A stretch of 64,000 bases of DNA from Eledone cirrhosa (GCA_964016885.1 OZ024741.1:114328001-114392000), one strand, 5' to 3'; counted from the stretch's first letter, positions 1 through 14,151 are shown. The notes: a model not told the origin generated them from the sequence alone. Program-made: numbers and translations.

Positions 1-1
1 A

Positions 2-1451
2 TACTCGCCCAGAGAGACGAGACACCTTGATTTCATCTCGCAATATACGAGTGATATCCAGCACATTCCGGGTTCACTAAATACAGCGGCCGATGCTTTG
101 TCCTGCTTACTCGCGACAGCGATCTCGTCATCCTCTGACATAGATCTGACTCGTTTGGCTGCGGATCAGCCTCCCCTTGAGTCATTGGATGTTACATCGC
201 CTGAGTTTGCGAATTGCGAGATGAAATACTTGCCTCTGTCGACTGCAGTTGGCCAAATCCTCTGCGACGTCTCTTTGGACGTGCCTAGGCCCTTCGTTCC
301 AGAGAATCATCGTCGGACCGTGTTTCTGGCATTACATAGTATCTCGCATCCAGGATCTTCTGCCACAGCAAAGCTCATATCAGCTAGATTTTTCTGGCCA
401 AATATGAGGCGTGAAATTGCTGCTTGGTGCCGTTCCTGCGTCGCTTGCCAGAGATCAAAGGTCCATCGACACGTCAAGGCTCCCCTGGGTACCTTTGCTA
501 ATCCAGATGCGCGTTTTTCACATATTCATATTGACATAGTGGGACCTTGGCCTGTCAGCGATGGTTTTTCTTATCTGCTGACCGTCATTGACCGGTTTTC
601 GAGATGGCCTGAGGCCATCCCCTTGAAAAACATCACCGCGGAGACAACAGCACGTGCTCTTGTGTCTGGATGGATCTCTCGTTATGGAGTTCCATCCACA
701 ATAACTACCGACCGTGGACGACAGTTCGAGTCGAGCCTTTTCCTCGAGCTGTCAACATTAATTGGTGCTAAACGCATTAGAACTACGGCGTACCACCCCG
801 CTTCGAATGGTATGGTGGAGCGTTTTCATCGCCAACTGAAGGCCTCCTTAATGGCCTCAATGGACTCGGCGCATTGGAGCGAGTACCTCCCTATTGTGCT
901 ACTAGGGATTCGGTCAACGGTGAAGGTCGACTTTGGATTTTCACCGGCCGAAGTACTGTACGGTGCCCTTCTGACGTTGCCCGGGAAAATGCTTGCCCCT
1001 ATCGATCTTGATGCCCAAGATCACGCTTCCTACGTGTCCCGTTTGCGCTCCTATTTCCAGGATTTGCCGCCAATGGACACTAGGAAACAAACTGTCAAGA
1101 CTGCTATCCCGAGGGATATTGCCTCGTGGACGCATGTCTTTGTAAGGAAAGATTCTGTGAAGCCCCCGCTCACACAGCCTTACACGCTCGGCTAAGCATT
1201 TCACGTTAGATATTAAGGGGTCCAGGGAAACAGTTACAATAGACAGACTTAAGCAGGCGCACCTTGACACGGACGCTGTGGTTCCTGATCCACGAACCCC
1301 TTCGTATTTGCCTGTTGAGCGAACGCCTGTTCCTGATCCACCATCATCGCCTATCCCTACACCACCACCATCGCCACGTTACAAGACCACGACCCGTTCA
1401 GGTCGTAGGGTCCACTGGCCCAAAAAATTTTGCAGCACCGTCTATATTTAG
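2..1451 (+). mobile_element. pol: Ty3/gypsy LTR retrotransposon pol C-terminus (RNase H end, HHCC zinc finger, DDE integrase), 5' part outside window, disrupted near 1195
   Basis: Frame from nt 2 reads [23 protein letters not shown]; [17 protein letters not shown]; [42 protein letters not shown]; after the break KHFTLDI..VTIDRLK..TRSGRRV. Confidence 0.93.
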
Positions 1452-2424
1452 ACTATGTTAGCTGCACCTTTTTTTTGTCTCTGTGTTTCTGCTTTTTCTT
1501 TGCCTTGTTTTTTTTTATGCAGGCATGTTGTTTTTTTTTTTAACATTTTTCAAATCCTTATTCTGGATTCAATTTTTGGTAGAGCGAATAGCTCCCCCTT
1601 GTTGCATTGTTCGCCATCTTACTCCACATGTAAGTAATGACATCGATTTTCGATAATTTGAAAATCTGGCAGGGGATACTGTAGTAAGACGCCTCACTCC
1701 TCTTGATAGAACAACGCTGGTTGAGAACGCGAGAAAGAAAAAAACAGACAGCCACTGAAAAGCCGACTGATCACACGCCAGAAACCAGCCTCTGTACCGC
1801 ACCATTGTTTGTGCTACATCAAAAATAAACATATATTTCATCTCTAATTTCTGCTGTTGAAATCATTATTATGTCACTCGTATCTCAATAACATCTATAA
1901 CTAATACTGCTAAACCTTCATTATATGAACGTGAACATTTGTAAACGAATTGTTTGAAAAATAGAAACAAAATATTTAGCAATAGTTACAACGGAAAGGA
2001 TTTTGCTAAAAATATACAAGAATGTGTCTTTACTGTGATCTTCACTATGATGGCACGTCATAGTATATTGTTTGAAGCGGTAAAAATTAAAATTTATTCA
2101 AGAAAGAAATTAGAGAATGGAATAAAAACATAAAATATAATATCATAACAACAAATGATAATGCATTATATATAGAATCTTTTATGAAGGTACTTATCAA
2201 TAAAATCTATTTTCTTGTCAGCTAATATCCGTGGATTTGCTCTAAGGAACTCTTATATTTTTAAATTTTGACAAAGAGATTGCAAAGCTGTCTGCGATAA
2301 AAAAGTTATTTCTATAATAAAAATCTATTTTTTGAAATTTCTTTATTTTCGTTTTATGTTGTGTGACATTATAAAGGATTGATTTTCACCGGAAGCTGTC
2401 GTCTCTTCACATCAACGGACAAAG

Positions 2425-2494
<70 letters not shown>

Positions 2495-3599
2495 ACGTAC
2501 GTATGCGTAGCTGTGTCTCTCTTTCTCTCTCTCTGTATATATATATATGTTTATGTAGATATATATATGTACGAACGTGTCTCTGTACCCCCTTTCTCTC
2601 TTTATATATAAATATGTGTATGTGTCTATCTGTCGGTGTGTATGTGTGTTTATGAATGTATATTTTGTCTCTTTCTCTTAATCTCGTGTTTATTTTTGAC
2701 CGGCCACCTTCCCGGTGGCAAGGCGCTAAAGAAAAGGAAATAGTCGTCGTCCCTTGTACAATAATTCATCATTTGTATCATACGAATATTTTAAAGATTT
2801 TGAGGGTTGCACATATCGTGGCCATTTGTAGCTTATACATTAATGGTTGTGTTCTTTCTCCAAGAATCCAAGTTCAGTTATACTTTAGTTAAAGCGAGTT
2901 GGCATATATTCTGTAGCTTCCATAATAATATTATGAAATTGAACATGCTTTGGGTACTAGTTCTGCAAACTCCTCGACAGTGGTCCGTAGATATCCTCCT
3001 TCATTTGAATTTTTTTTACTACATCGATATTTAGTAGGGAACAGAGCATGTTTTTAATCTATGGTCCTCAAAACAATATCACACTGGGCGGGTTTTACTT
3101 TATTCGTAGTTTCATTTTTTGAATTCCACCAATATTATTTTGAACCATCAGTCACAATATAGTTTTCCCGATTTGTTGCCATTTATATATTCCGTAGTGC
3201 ATTCCAGATTGTTCTGATTACCACATCATATTTTATGAACAGGTAGTAAAAAGACATTCTTCAACACGTGACCACAGCGTTGCTAGCATCTTCTGTCTTT
3301 GTTTTGCACAGCCTACAATTATTGTCAACTGATGACTTTCTTCTTTTGTGATGTAGTTACATGGTGGGAATTGTTTGTTCCAGGCTTGCATGGTGTTATC
3401 TTTCAAGGTGGGATTTTGGAACTTGTAACTCTCTGTGGTTTGTGGTTCTCATCTCCAGGACCCATATACAATCTTCTCAGTGAACTGGTCTATTTCATAT
3501 TTCTTGAGCACTGCGTACAGTTTTTCAATGTTTCTGAGAAAGAGATCTATGTCAGCTTTTATTTCATGTCTCTCCTCTAGCCAAAGGACTATTTTGAAA

Positions 3600-4691
3600 A
3601 TATAATATTAATAATAAAGATACAGATAGAAAGAAAGAAGGGGGATGTAGTAAAGGCAGAGAAGAGAAAGAAGGATGAATAAGGAAGAGGAGAAAGAGAT
3701 AGAGGAAGATTAAGAAGGAGGAAGGAAGCAGGAAAGGATAATGATTATTGATGAATACGGGATAGGAAGGAGAGAAAAAGGAAGGTAAACAGACGGACGA
3801 ATATGCAGGGATGAAAGCAAATAAGAAATAGAGATTTAAGCAAAGAGATAAATAAATAAATAAATAAATAAATAAATACATGCATAAATAAAAGGATAGA
3901 TAAATAGATAAATAAATAGATAGATGAATAAATAAATAAATAATAAATAAATAAATAGATAATTTGATATTTAAATTAGCTAATTTGAGATGTATTACAT
4001 GATAGGATAAAATGATTGAGATAAAATATGTTTAAGTGGAGAAATGCAAAGACAAATGGTGAAAGATGTAGGTGTATAAGATAATAAATGATGTAAATAC
4101 AAATAAACTAAAATTAATGATGTAAATACAAATGTTCTGAATTTCTTCTTTGGTAATTATAAAGTAAGTGATAATTTGATATCGTAATATATATTAAAGG
4201 TATAAAAAGGGATAAGGAATAGACAATGGAGTTAAGCTGGTCTAAAGTTGTGGAATTTCGTTGCTGATTTGTGTCGGCAAAAGATAGTTCGTTCAATTCT
4301 ACTGTTAAGAAGGGTTTTACTGAAATTAAGAATTTGGAAAAGCTCCATATTACAGAGCCTACAATGGGACATACCAGTTTGACAGTATTGACCAACTGAT
4401 CTTGTATTCAATGCCTGCATTCCTAAGTTGCCAGATTTTGTTGGCGAGAGTTGTTGTATTTGATTGATTCTTATTAATCATAGAATGTCTGTGCACGTAC
4501 CACCGTTTTTTAAAAACACCTGCTGTGGATTTCTTATCAGTTTCTGATGAAATGATGGAGGTTGCATGTATTTTAAATCGAATTATGCTGTCTTCAGTGT
4601 TTAGCAATTTCTAGACAACTCTATCATGGAAACAATTGTTAGACTGTAAATAAATCCCCTTGTTTGTACTGTTGACCATGTTATTCTTCAC

Positions 4692-4695
<4 letters not shown>
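3600..4695 (-). mobile_element. Degenerate Penelope-like element 3' part (GIY-YIG remnant plus pyrimidine-rich 3' UTR)
   Basis: ORF 4359-4607 (FKKRWYVHRHS..TTLANKIWQLRNAGIEYKISWSIL) resembles the GIY-YIG region of the PLE at 35735-36274. Confidence 0.6.
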
Positions 4696-4734
<39 letters not shown>

Positions 4735-4740
<6 letters not shown>

Positions 4741-5489
4741 AGAAGCAAAAAATTGCTTATTGTGATCCAGTTTTTGGTTAAGAAAGCCAGTTTCATGGAT
4801 GGTTTCAACGTACGGTTAGGGGTAACTCCACAAGTTTATAAGAATTCCGTTCAATCTTGGAGTATAAAGTATAAAAGAGAAAACACAGGTAAGCATTAAG
4901 AGAAGGATTTTATCCAGGTATTTACGACCGTTTCATTGGTAAGTGCAACCTTATATTGCTATACTGCAAATAGCAGCCACTCAATTATAATTGTTGTTCA
5001 CAGTCCAAATTTTCAAAATAGTAAGTTACTCTTGAAATAATTCTTAATATATAGAGAAAAACATTTATTTGGAATTGTATTTACTAGTATATAGAGAGAG
5101 GAATCAGGAGGTGAGGGGACAGACGGAATAGTATATAGAGAGAGGAAGGTGAAGAGGTAAGAAGTAGAATGACAAACTGAGATGGAGGGAGGGGTAGAGG
5201 TGGAAGGATTCCTTGGTCAGTTTTGATAGCAGACTTCATGTCGTGGAAAGTAGTGAGTTAAAGAGAATTAAATTGATCATAGTGGGAGGGATGGATAGAG
5301 AGGGAGAGAGAAGGGGGGGGGGGAGATCCCCTTCTTGGCTATCTTTTCTTTTCTTCTTTATTACCCTCTTCTTTGCTTTTATTTTTGTCATTATTATCTT
5401 TATCTTTATTTTTTTATATATATATATTTATCTCTTTATACCTCCCCCCTCTCACTCCCTCTCTATCTATCCCTCCCACTATGATCAAT
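4735..5489 (-). mobile_element. 5'-truncated PLE terminal repeat (same family as 29381-31947) with an internal inversion
   Basis: High similarity to 29381-29960 and, inverted, to 31725-31947; 5330-5489 is inverted relative to the other copy; abuts (TA)n. Confidence 0.75.
4919..5020 (-). ncRNA. Type I hammerhead ribozyme, UUGAAAA core variant, long stem II loop
   Basis: Minus strand: tatt-TTGAAAA-tttgg...ccaat-GAAA-cggtcg-TA-aata. Confidence 0.6.
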
Positions 5490-5577
5490 TTAATTCTCTG
5501 ATTTGAACTCAGAATGGCAAGAGCCGTAACTCTATGCTGCAAAGCATGGCGTCCGACCCTCTACCGATACTGCCAAA
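5490..5577 (-). mobile_element. tRNA-derived SINE, 5' portion
   Basis: Matches the head of the SINE copies at 13210, 22427 and 52472 (A box, B box GAGTTCAAATC). Confidence 0.8.
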
Positions 5578-5585
5578 TAATAATG

Positions 5586-5616
<31 letters not shown>

Positions 5617-5618
<2 letters not shown>

Positions 5619-5836
5619 GGCGCACCAGGTACTATCTCAAAACGTTTCCAGGGATGGTTAAAGAAAATTGGCCCCTTCACGCTTTTTAGAATGCTTCAAA
5701 AGGCATGCTTGCTGGGAACAGCAAGAACCCTCCGATACGTCCTGAATATCTGAGGCTGCAGGTAGTGGCTTGATATTCATTTCAACAAACTTTCCAGTTA
5801 ACTAACATTAATGACTGAGACTCAAAGAGTAATAAC

Positions 5837-5876
<40 letters not shown>
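5617..5876 (+). mobile_element. Heavily 5'-truncated Dong/R4 LINE 3' end
   Basis: Near-identical to 9343-9575 (LQKACLLGTARTLRYVLNI plus 3' UTR); (AAT)n on both sides. Confidence 0.9.
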
Positions 5877-5878
<2 letters not shown>

Positions 5879-6056
5879 TGTTTCTACTTTAGGCACAAGG
5901 CCAGCAATTATCCCAGTGCATTACTGGTACGTTATTTTATCGACCCCGTAAGGATGAAAGGCAAAGTTAACCTCGGCGGGATTTGAACTCAGATCATAAA
6001 GGGACGTAACTATGCTGGAAAGCATGGCGTCCGACCCTCTACCGATACTGCCAATA
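5877..6056 (-). mobile_element. tRNA-derived SINE with MetaSINE-like core
   Basis: Minus strand: A box, B box GAGTTCAAATCC, core ACTTTGCCTTTCATCCTTACGGGGTCGATAAAAT..GTACCAG, (ATT)n tail. Confidence 0.85.
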
Positions 6057-6065
6057 ATAATAATC

Positions 6066-9000
6066 CTCGATATGAGTGTTTAAATGTCGAACCTAAACAG
6101 TTCGAATAACGGTGAAGTGGAGACTGGAATGTCATGTGACAGACTCTCACCCAGCAGGTGCTCCCTGGCCCAGCAGCAGGGACCTGGGTGTCATCCAAAT
6201 ACTGCTGGTGTTGGAAGAAGAAGAAGAAGGAAAGGGACCAGAACCAACTGGACGAAAGAATTGAATAGAACTGTTATGCAATGTTACCTGTAGAGTAACC
6301 CCAAGGAAAAAGGCTATAGGAAACGGATGCATAGCATCTGGAACGAGATTGGTCTATTAAATTAGATGAACAAAAATTAACCGGGCAGGCTCGGGTAATA
6401 AGAACTAATGGGTGGATAAGCGAGGTGGAACTGGAGGAACTCAGCAGAGAGATTAGATTGGAAATGGAGAGTGGAGCATGCCAGACAAACGAGCCAGTGG
6501 GAGATGAAGGTGAAGAGGTTGAGAGAACGGAGGAAGCATCCGAAGCAGACAATGATCTGAATGTTGAAATAAATAATACCTGGAACAAAGATACGGCCAT
6601 TGAGGAAATGAATGCTGACGGGCTAGGACAAGATTTGGTTGATATCCTAAACTTAGTGGTAGATGAAATGAACAATGATATTGGGAAACCTATGAACCTA
6701 AGATTTGTAAACAGGAAAAAGTTAAAAGAAACAACAGCTAAGGTAAACAAAGTCATCCCATACCTTGAGCCGAGGAACCTTCACCAGAGCAACAATATCC
6801 TCAAAGCAACAGCAAATGCGGCGAGGAAATTACTTGGCATAAAAGCGAGAGGAAACAACAAACTTGGTGGAAGAAACGACTGAATGGTCAACTCAGGGAA
6901 ATGAGAAATGACATTGGAAAGCTTGAGTCCCTACTGAATGGGACACTACAAAACATAGACACTAAAAATAGACTGGAAATAAAGTACAAAACTAGGAGGA
7001 AAAAGCTAAATATTATCGTAGAGGAAATCAAGCAACGCATTGTAGCAGAGAGCGCAAAGATTAGGCGATACGAGAGCAGAGCCAGTCAGTATAGACAGAA
7101 CCGCATGTTTGACAACAATCAGAAGATGTTGTTTGGACAGCTTGAAGGGAAAGAAAGAGGCAACGACTTGATCCCTGAGGCGGAACAAACTAAGACACTC
7201 TGGAGAGGAATATGGGAGCAGGATGTTGAACATAGTGATCAGGCAGTGTGGATTGAGACAGTACAAAGGAGATTAGTGAACAGGCACACCAACAAACTGA
7301 TTTGAGTATCACAGTTGAAACTCTTAAGGGGAAGGCCAGAAAACTAACCAACTGGAAATCACCAGGCCCAGATGGTGTGCAGGGGTATTGGATTAAAAAT
7401 ATAACATCCCTCCACCCAAAACTGACAACCATGTTCAATGACTGCTTGATGTCAGGTGAGGTACCAGAGTGGTTGACAAAAGGTACCACCGTTCTGGTAA
7501 TGAATCAAGGATAATGATGTTACCAACTATAGGCCTATCACATGTCTGTCCGTAATGTGGAAGCTGTTAACAAGCATTGTGTCTGAGGAAATCTACCATC
7601 ACCTCCACATAAACAACTTGTTACCGGACGAACAGAAAGGATGCCGAAAGAAGTCCTGTGGTACAAAAGACCAGTTACTTATTAATAAGATGGTAATGAG
7701 GAATTGCAAGAGGAGACACACTGGTCTTGCCATGGGATGGATAGATTACAAAAAGGTATTCGACATGGTACCTCATTCTTGGATAACCAAAATCCTAGAG
7801 ATCTTCAAGGTGGCAGATAACATCAGACAGTTGTTGAGCAAAAGTATGAAGTCCTGGGAAACAGAGTTAACATCGGGTGGAGAATCCTTGGGAGGCGTGA
7901 AGATCAAGAGAAGTATCTTCCAGGGAGATAGTTTGTCACCTCTGTTGTTTGTCCTTGCCCTGGTACCCCAGACTGTTATATTGCAAAAAGTGAGAGCAGG
8001 ATACAAGTTGGGAAAAGGAGAGCTTACCATCAACCACCTCCTCTTCATGGACGATCTTAAGCTCTTCGGGAAGAGTGAGAAGGAGTTGGATGTGCTTGTT
8101 GACACGTCCGTATTTACAGCAATAATATATGCATGCAATTTGGTGTTAGTAAGTGTGGAGTCCCTGTGATAAAGAGGGGTAAATTGAGCAGAAGCAACGG
8201 AATCCAGGTACCAGCAGGTGAGATGATAAAGGAAATTGATACTGAAGAGGAATACAAATATTTAGGTGTTATGGAGGCTGATGACATCAAGAACAAAAAA
8301 ATGAAGGAATTGATAAGATCTGAATACATTCGGAGAGTAAGGAGCGTATTAAAGTCACATCTGAACAGTAGGAATGCCATAAGTGCAGTAAATTCCCGAG
8401 CTGTGTCTATTATTAGGTACAGTGCGGGAATTCTGAGATGGAATGTTGCTGACAAAAAGAAATTGATGGGAAGACTAGGAAGCGATTGACTATCTACAAC
8501 ATGTTCCACAAAAGGAGTGATGTCGATAGACTCTACCTAAGGAGATCTGAAGGTGGAAGAGGTCTTATCAGCATAGAGGACTGTGTTCAGATGGAGAAAA
8601 ACAACCTACACAAATACGTGACTGATAGTAGGGTGCCAATGCTTAAAATTGTACTGAAGGAGAGGACAATAGACCAGAGGATGTACAAGGAGGAAATAAC
8701 AACAAGAAGAAAGAGCAACCTTCATGAAAAATCCCTTCATAATGCCTTCTTTGAGAAAACTGAATTTAGAGATCCACAGACATGGAACTGGTTGAAAAGA
8801 GGAGACCTTAAAAAGGCTACAGAATGAATGCTAATGGCTGCGCAAGAGCAGGCCCTCAAAACAAAGTGGCTGAAACACCATATTTACAAGGAGGAGGCTA
8901 GCCCACTGTGTAGGATCTGTGGAGAGAGAGAGGAGACTGTGGCTCACATTGTATCCGTGTGTAAACACCTAGCCCAGACTCACTATAAAGATTGGAGACA

Positions 9001-9575
9001 TGAAGTGATGGGCAGGCTGATCCACAGGCACCTATGCAAAGTAAACAATTTACCACATTCTGAGAAGTGGTATGAGCATAAGCCAGAGTCGGTGATGAAA
9101 AACGATCAGGTGAAGGTGCTGTGGGATTTTAGGATACAGACAGACAAGAAACTGGAACACAATAGACCTAATCTGGTGGTTTTGGACAAGGGAAAAAGAA
9201 GTGCCTGATTGTGGATGTAGCCTGCTCATTCGACACGAGAGTGCAAGAGAAGGAGAGGGAGAAAATTAACCGATACCAGGACTTAAAGTGGGAGGTAAAA
9301 AGGATTTGGAACTGCCATGAGGTCAAAGTGGTCCTGATTGTCATAGGCGCACTAGGTACTATCTCAAAGAGTTTCCAAGGATGGTTAAAGAAATTTGGTC
9401 CCGCCCCGCTTTTTGGAACACTTCAAAAAGCATGCTTGCTGGGAACAGCAAGAACCCTCCGATACGTCCTGAATATCTGAGGCTTCAGGTAATGGCTTGA
9501 TATTCATTTCAACAAACTTTCCAGTTAAATAACATCAATGACTGAGACTCAAAGAACAATAATAATAATAATAAT
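6066..9575 (+). mobile_element. Near-full-length Dong/R4-clade non-LTR retrotransposon (RT, CCHC, restriction-like endonuclease) with many stops and frameshifts
   Basis: [75 protein letters not shown]; (AAT)n at both ends, matching the known TAA-repeat targeting of Dong. Confidence 0.9.
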
Positions 9576-10828
9576 TCTTTATTAACCACAAGGGTTGACA
9601 TACAGTATAACACTAAGAGCAGCACAGGACGGTACAGGACGGTACAAATGGGCATTTCTGCGCGTAAAGAAGAAAAAAAAAACAATAATAAAGGAAATGA
9701 CAAAAAAAAAGAAACAAAGGAAAATTCCTCAGGGACACTCGTTGAGAAAGTCCATTAAAAAAGCCACGGTGACCCTGACCAGTAGGGCAAGTGCCCTCTC
9801 CCAGTTTTCCACCTTCAATTTACAGGCGTATACTCTGAGCAGGCCCATTCACTCGGGCTATGCTTGCCTCTCTCACCCATCTTTCAACAAATTGCTGGGT
9901 AGAGAGCACCACCCTCTCCACTCTGATTTTCCTTTTCAAATGAAATTTGAAAAAGTTAATCATGGCATCACCGAAGAGGTAAGTGTTCGTCTTCAACCCT
10001 TTCAGACGCGTCCACCATACTATCGCTTTCGCCATGGCCACCAGACAGATAAGAACTGCCTGCCCTTCCCGGCTAAAGGAGGAGGGCGGGGCAATCCTCA
10101 CGATGGACTCAGCTGATAGCCGGATCCGTCCTACACGTGACAGCAGGTGTTCGATATAAACCCACAAATCATCAATGCACGTGTGCGTGCAGGACGGTTT
10201 CGTCGCCCTGCGAGCATCCCGGATAGGCCTGGCTGATGACACGTTCATGCCTGTAGAGTTTATCTCGAACTGGCAAAGTTCCCCGGTAATACTGCCAGGC
10301 CAGGGATTTCTGGAAGTTGTCCATGGGCGCCGGCCCGAAAGTTCTCCCGAAGAGATTGGCTAGTTGATTTTCGTCAACGCCTAGAGTCTCCCCAAGAACG
10401 TCGTCGCTCTTTCCCTCCACTAACCCTCTAGAGAACGCCAAGGTGGAGTTTCCACCGATCGCATCGCCCGATTGGTCGAGGGCTGTGAGCGCCTGAAGAG
10501 ATTCCAGTCTCCAAGCGCTCCCTCTTACTCTTCGCTTGACCCAGGACTGCAGCTCCGCCAAGGAGACGAGCTAGGGAAAAACGCGTCTAGCAAACGGCGA
10601 CCACACCTGTTCACCGTTGAGGAAGAGGTGGAGATACGGTAGCCAGAGCACATGTCTGCTCATCATCAGCCACGGCGTGCCCAGCCTCCACTTATCGGGT
10701 ATTGACAGCAGATGGACTGCCTGACAAATGGAGCACGTCCCTTCCACAAAAAGTGAAAGATCAAACGTTCCAGCACAGTCAGGCGAGGCTTAGGACAAGG
10801 CACGATGGTCAGGCGGTAGTAAATCAGC
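9576..10828 (-). mobile_element. Tx1/L1-clade LINE 3' fragment
   Basis: AWQYYRGTLPVRDKL..CSQGDETVLHA zinc-knuckle region; AATAAA then (ATT)n tail on the minus strand; related to 17690-18912 and 22655-23098. Confidence 0.75.
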
Positions 10829-11241
10829 CGAAGATAGCTTTGCCTTTCATTCTTACGGGATCAATAAAATAAAGCACCTACTGGTGCTCTGGGGTTGATT
10901 TAATCGACTTTCCCCTCTCCACAAATCTGTTGGCCTTGTGCTTGAATCAAAAACCATTATTACTCTGATATAGGAACAACTTCAGTTGCGACTCAAATCC
11001 AAAATATCTCATATTCTAAGACAAAAGTTAGTTAAATTCGTGTTTTCTTCTATGTGTTTTATTTATAATAAATTATGCGGCTCTAGTAATTTCAGCTATT
11101 TTTTCTTTTACCTAAATATGGTATTTCAGATTAGAATCTTTTACCTAAATATGGTATTTCAGATTAGAATCTTTAAATTAAGCAGTGTTTTCACTCTTAT
11201 CTTCAGTATTCATTGAAATCCATTTGGAATTCAAAGATTTT

Positions 11242-12501
11242 GCTAGGGAAAGTCAAAAATTATACGCAGTCTTGTTTTATTCACTTTATTTACACAAAAG
11301 CAGGGGTTAAATAAGAATGTTATTTTTCTACATAGTCTTCTTCCTTTTCGATGCACCTGGTCCAGCAGTCTACAAGGTTGCGTATTCTCTCCAAGAAGAA
11401 GTTTTTTCCCTTGGTCACACAACCATTTATACACCGCTTCCGCAGGAAATCGATGACCTCGTAAAGCATCTTTTAGCGGCCCAAAGAGATGATAGTCGGA
11501 AGGCATGAAATTTGGACTGTAGGCAGGGAGTTCCAGCATTTCAAAACTCGATGGGTTAATGGTTTTAACGGTCTGGCCGGCCGTATGTTGGCGTGAATTG
11601 TCATGCAAGAACAAAGCTTTCTTCGACAATAGGCTTCGTGGATTGGTGCGAATTGCTGACTTCAGATTGTTGGTCAGAAAAACACTGTATTTTGCACTGA
11701 TGATCATAATTCCTTTTCCAGGTAGTCTTCCAGTAAAGGCCCTTTTGATTTCCTCCAAAACGGTTAGCATCACCTTTCCCGTCGAAGATTGAGTTTTTAA
11801 ATTCTTGGTCACTAGTGAGCCAGGATGTTTCGACTCCATACTCTGTCTTTTGGATTCTGGCTCATAGTGATGGACTCATGTTTCATCCCTTGTGACAATT
11901 CTGCACAAAAATTCTTCACGTTCGTTGTTCTAGCGGTCGAGTAAACGTTGGCAGACCTCAACACGCTTGCTCATGTGATCTGCGGTAAGCTCCCTTGGCA
12001 CCCATATCGCACAGACTTTATGGAAGCCTAACTCGTCCTAGATGATTTGGTAGGCAGATCGATGATTAACCTGCAGAGAACATTGATGATAACTCACCGA
12101 TGATAACTCACCGGTTCGCCATTACTATCTCTCGAGCTTGCTGAATCTTCTCGTCACTGGTGGAGGTTGACGGACGTTCTGCTCCTTCTTCGTACGTCGC
12201 ACTTGTCCGGCCACTTTTAAACGTCTCGATCCCCTCATACACATTTCTACGCGGTAGTGCGCTGTCACCGCATTGTGTTAAAAACCTTCGCTGAATTTCA
12301 GCCTCTGACACACTTTCCGACTAGAGAAATCGGATCCCTGCTTTTTGTTCCTCCCTGGCGCATACTGCTAGCGGAACGGCCATGTTTACACTATAACAGC
12401 AGCAAGAAAACTAGCGTGATCAAGCTCAAACTTCGATCAGTGTGACGAATCTAAAAATATGTTATGGCGAAAGTGCAGATAATTTTTGACTTACTCTCAT
12501 A
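11242..12501 (-). mobile_element. Mariner DNA transposon, full-length and decayed (DD34D)
   Basis: Imperfect TIRs (agtcaaaaattat.cgca at 11251 / tgcagataatttttgact at 12474); HTH (FKSGRTS..RPST), LHDNSRQHTA, YSPNFMPSDYHLF. Confidence 0.9.
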
Positions 12502-14151
12502 CTTACAAAACTGTTGTTTAAATAGCTAGTATATAACTGCTTCATGGCACTACCTCGTTACAATAATTTGCAGAATAAATATATCCTTCACTTTCCAAAT
12601 GTCATTCAGTTGGAGCTACGAAGCTTTCATAACATACTAATAGCAATATCTCCTTTTTGGTTTATTTCCTTTCATTAAGAGGAGCTTTGAAAGTATGTTT
12701 ACAAACCTACCCTCTTGTATGTAGGTATGTATAAACCTGAAACTAACGATGACGCCGTGTGGGCACAGTAATGACGCATGCTGTACCTTAGAGATTTTAA
12801 ACCTGCCTCATCAGATTTGAACTCAGACGATTTCTCTTCAGAAAAGGTAGAGTGAGGGTGAGAAAAAGGAAGTGTTATAGAGATATAGAAGAAGAATCGA
12901 TGCTTGTACTATACTGATACATTTTTTATCGAACTTGAAAAGATGAAAGACAAGGTTGACCTCGACGGGATTTGAATTCAGAGAACAGAGAGCATAGAAG
13001 TGGTTTTATGTTAAACAGCTGCTGTCACGTGTAGGATGGATCCGGCTATCAGCCTGGAAAGGGTAAATTACATAAATGCTTGGTATACAATTCTGATAAG
13101 TTTATATCTTACTTTGAATGTTACCAATAAGTCATCTTGGAGAAATAACTCACTGACAAGGATTTATCGCACAAACATCAACAACAACAAAAATCAGCTG
13201 GTATTATATGGCGGTGGATTGGTAGTATCGGTAGAGGGTCGGATACCATGCTTTCCAGCATAGTTACGTCCCTTTACGATCTGAGTTCAAATTCCGCCGC
13301 GGTTGACTTTGCCTTTCCTCCTTACGGGGTCGATAAAATAAAGTACCAGTAATGCACTGGGTAATTGCTGGCTCTGTGCCTAAAGTAGAAACAATTATAT
13401 GTAAGCTATCTAAGCCTAAAGAAAACCGAAGATATTAGCTATATAATTGCTAATTTTGATGGTAGAGAATATCCTCGGTATATTTTTTTCAATAAGACAT
13501 GATGTGCTAGCTAGAATAATCTGAAATGAAAGAAGAAATAAATCAGTGTACTACTTACAAAACATTATAAGATATGGGGTTTTATGAAAGCCAATACAAT
13601 GCAAATTGAAATACAAGAGTGAAAACTAGAGTAGAACAAATTAAGGAAAAGGAAACAAGACAACAGATTACTCTCTTACCATCTATTTCATGATGTTTTG
13701 ACGTTTGGATATCTTTTTCAAAGGAAAAGAAATGGAGTTTGATAATGGCGACAATCATAACCAAAGTAAGGACTAAATAGAAATCAAACAATAAGAATAA
13801 ACACGATCAGCAAGGGAATAATGGTGGAAACGAAAATAAACAAAGAAAAAATAAATTAACTCACTTAAAGCACAAATGTGACTTAGTATTACAACACAAG
13901 TGGATTGGCAGATTCGTTAGAGAGTCGTAAAAATTGGCTCAGGATTTTAGTTATAGTTCTTTACATTCTGCGTTCAACTTACGTCGAGGTTATTGTAGAT
14001 AATCATCCTTTCGGAGTCGATAAAATAACCCATTTAATCGATTTCTCATCCCTCACAAAATTGCTGGTATGAAATCTAATTTAGAAACTATTATTTGGAA
14101 AAACAACAACATGCATTGTTACGCAAGTTAGCTGTTCTTTAGATGTCAATG
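12305..14151 (+). repeat. Segmental duplication copy 1 (copy 2 at 23095-25112)
   Basis: Colinear high identity, including a mariner end and three SINE pieces. Confidence 0.9.
13210..13397 (+). mobile_element. tRNA-derived SINE
   Basis: GGCGGTGGATTGGTAGTATCGG..GAGTTCAAATTCC..core..AGAAACAATTAT. Confidence 0.85.

Noticed and set aside
1452-1860. 3' LTR of the gypsy element
   Set aside because: No clear polypurine tract or TG..CA boundaries, and no second LTR in the window to compare
2900-3560. Minus-strand YIVTDGSK resembling a LINE RNase H motif
   Set aside because: Single short motif among stop codons, with no supporting motifs recognised
13210-13300. tRNA gene
   Set aside because: A/B boxes belong to a SINE head; no cloverleaf
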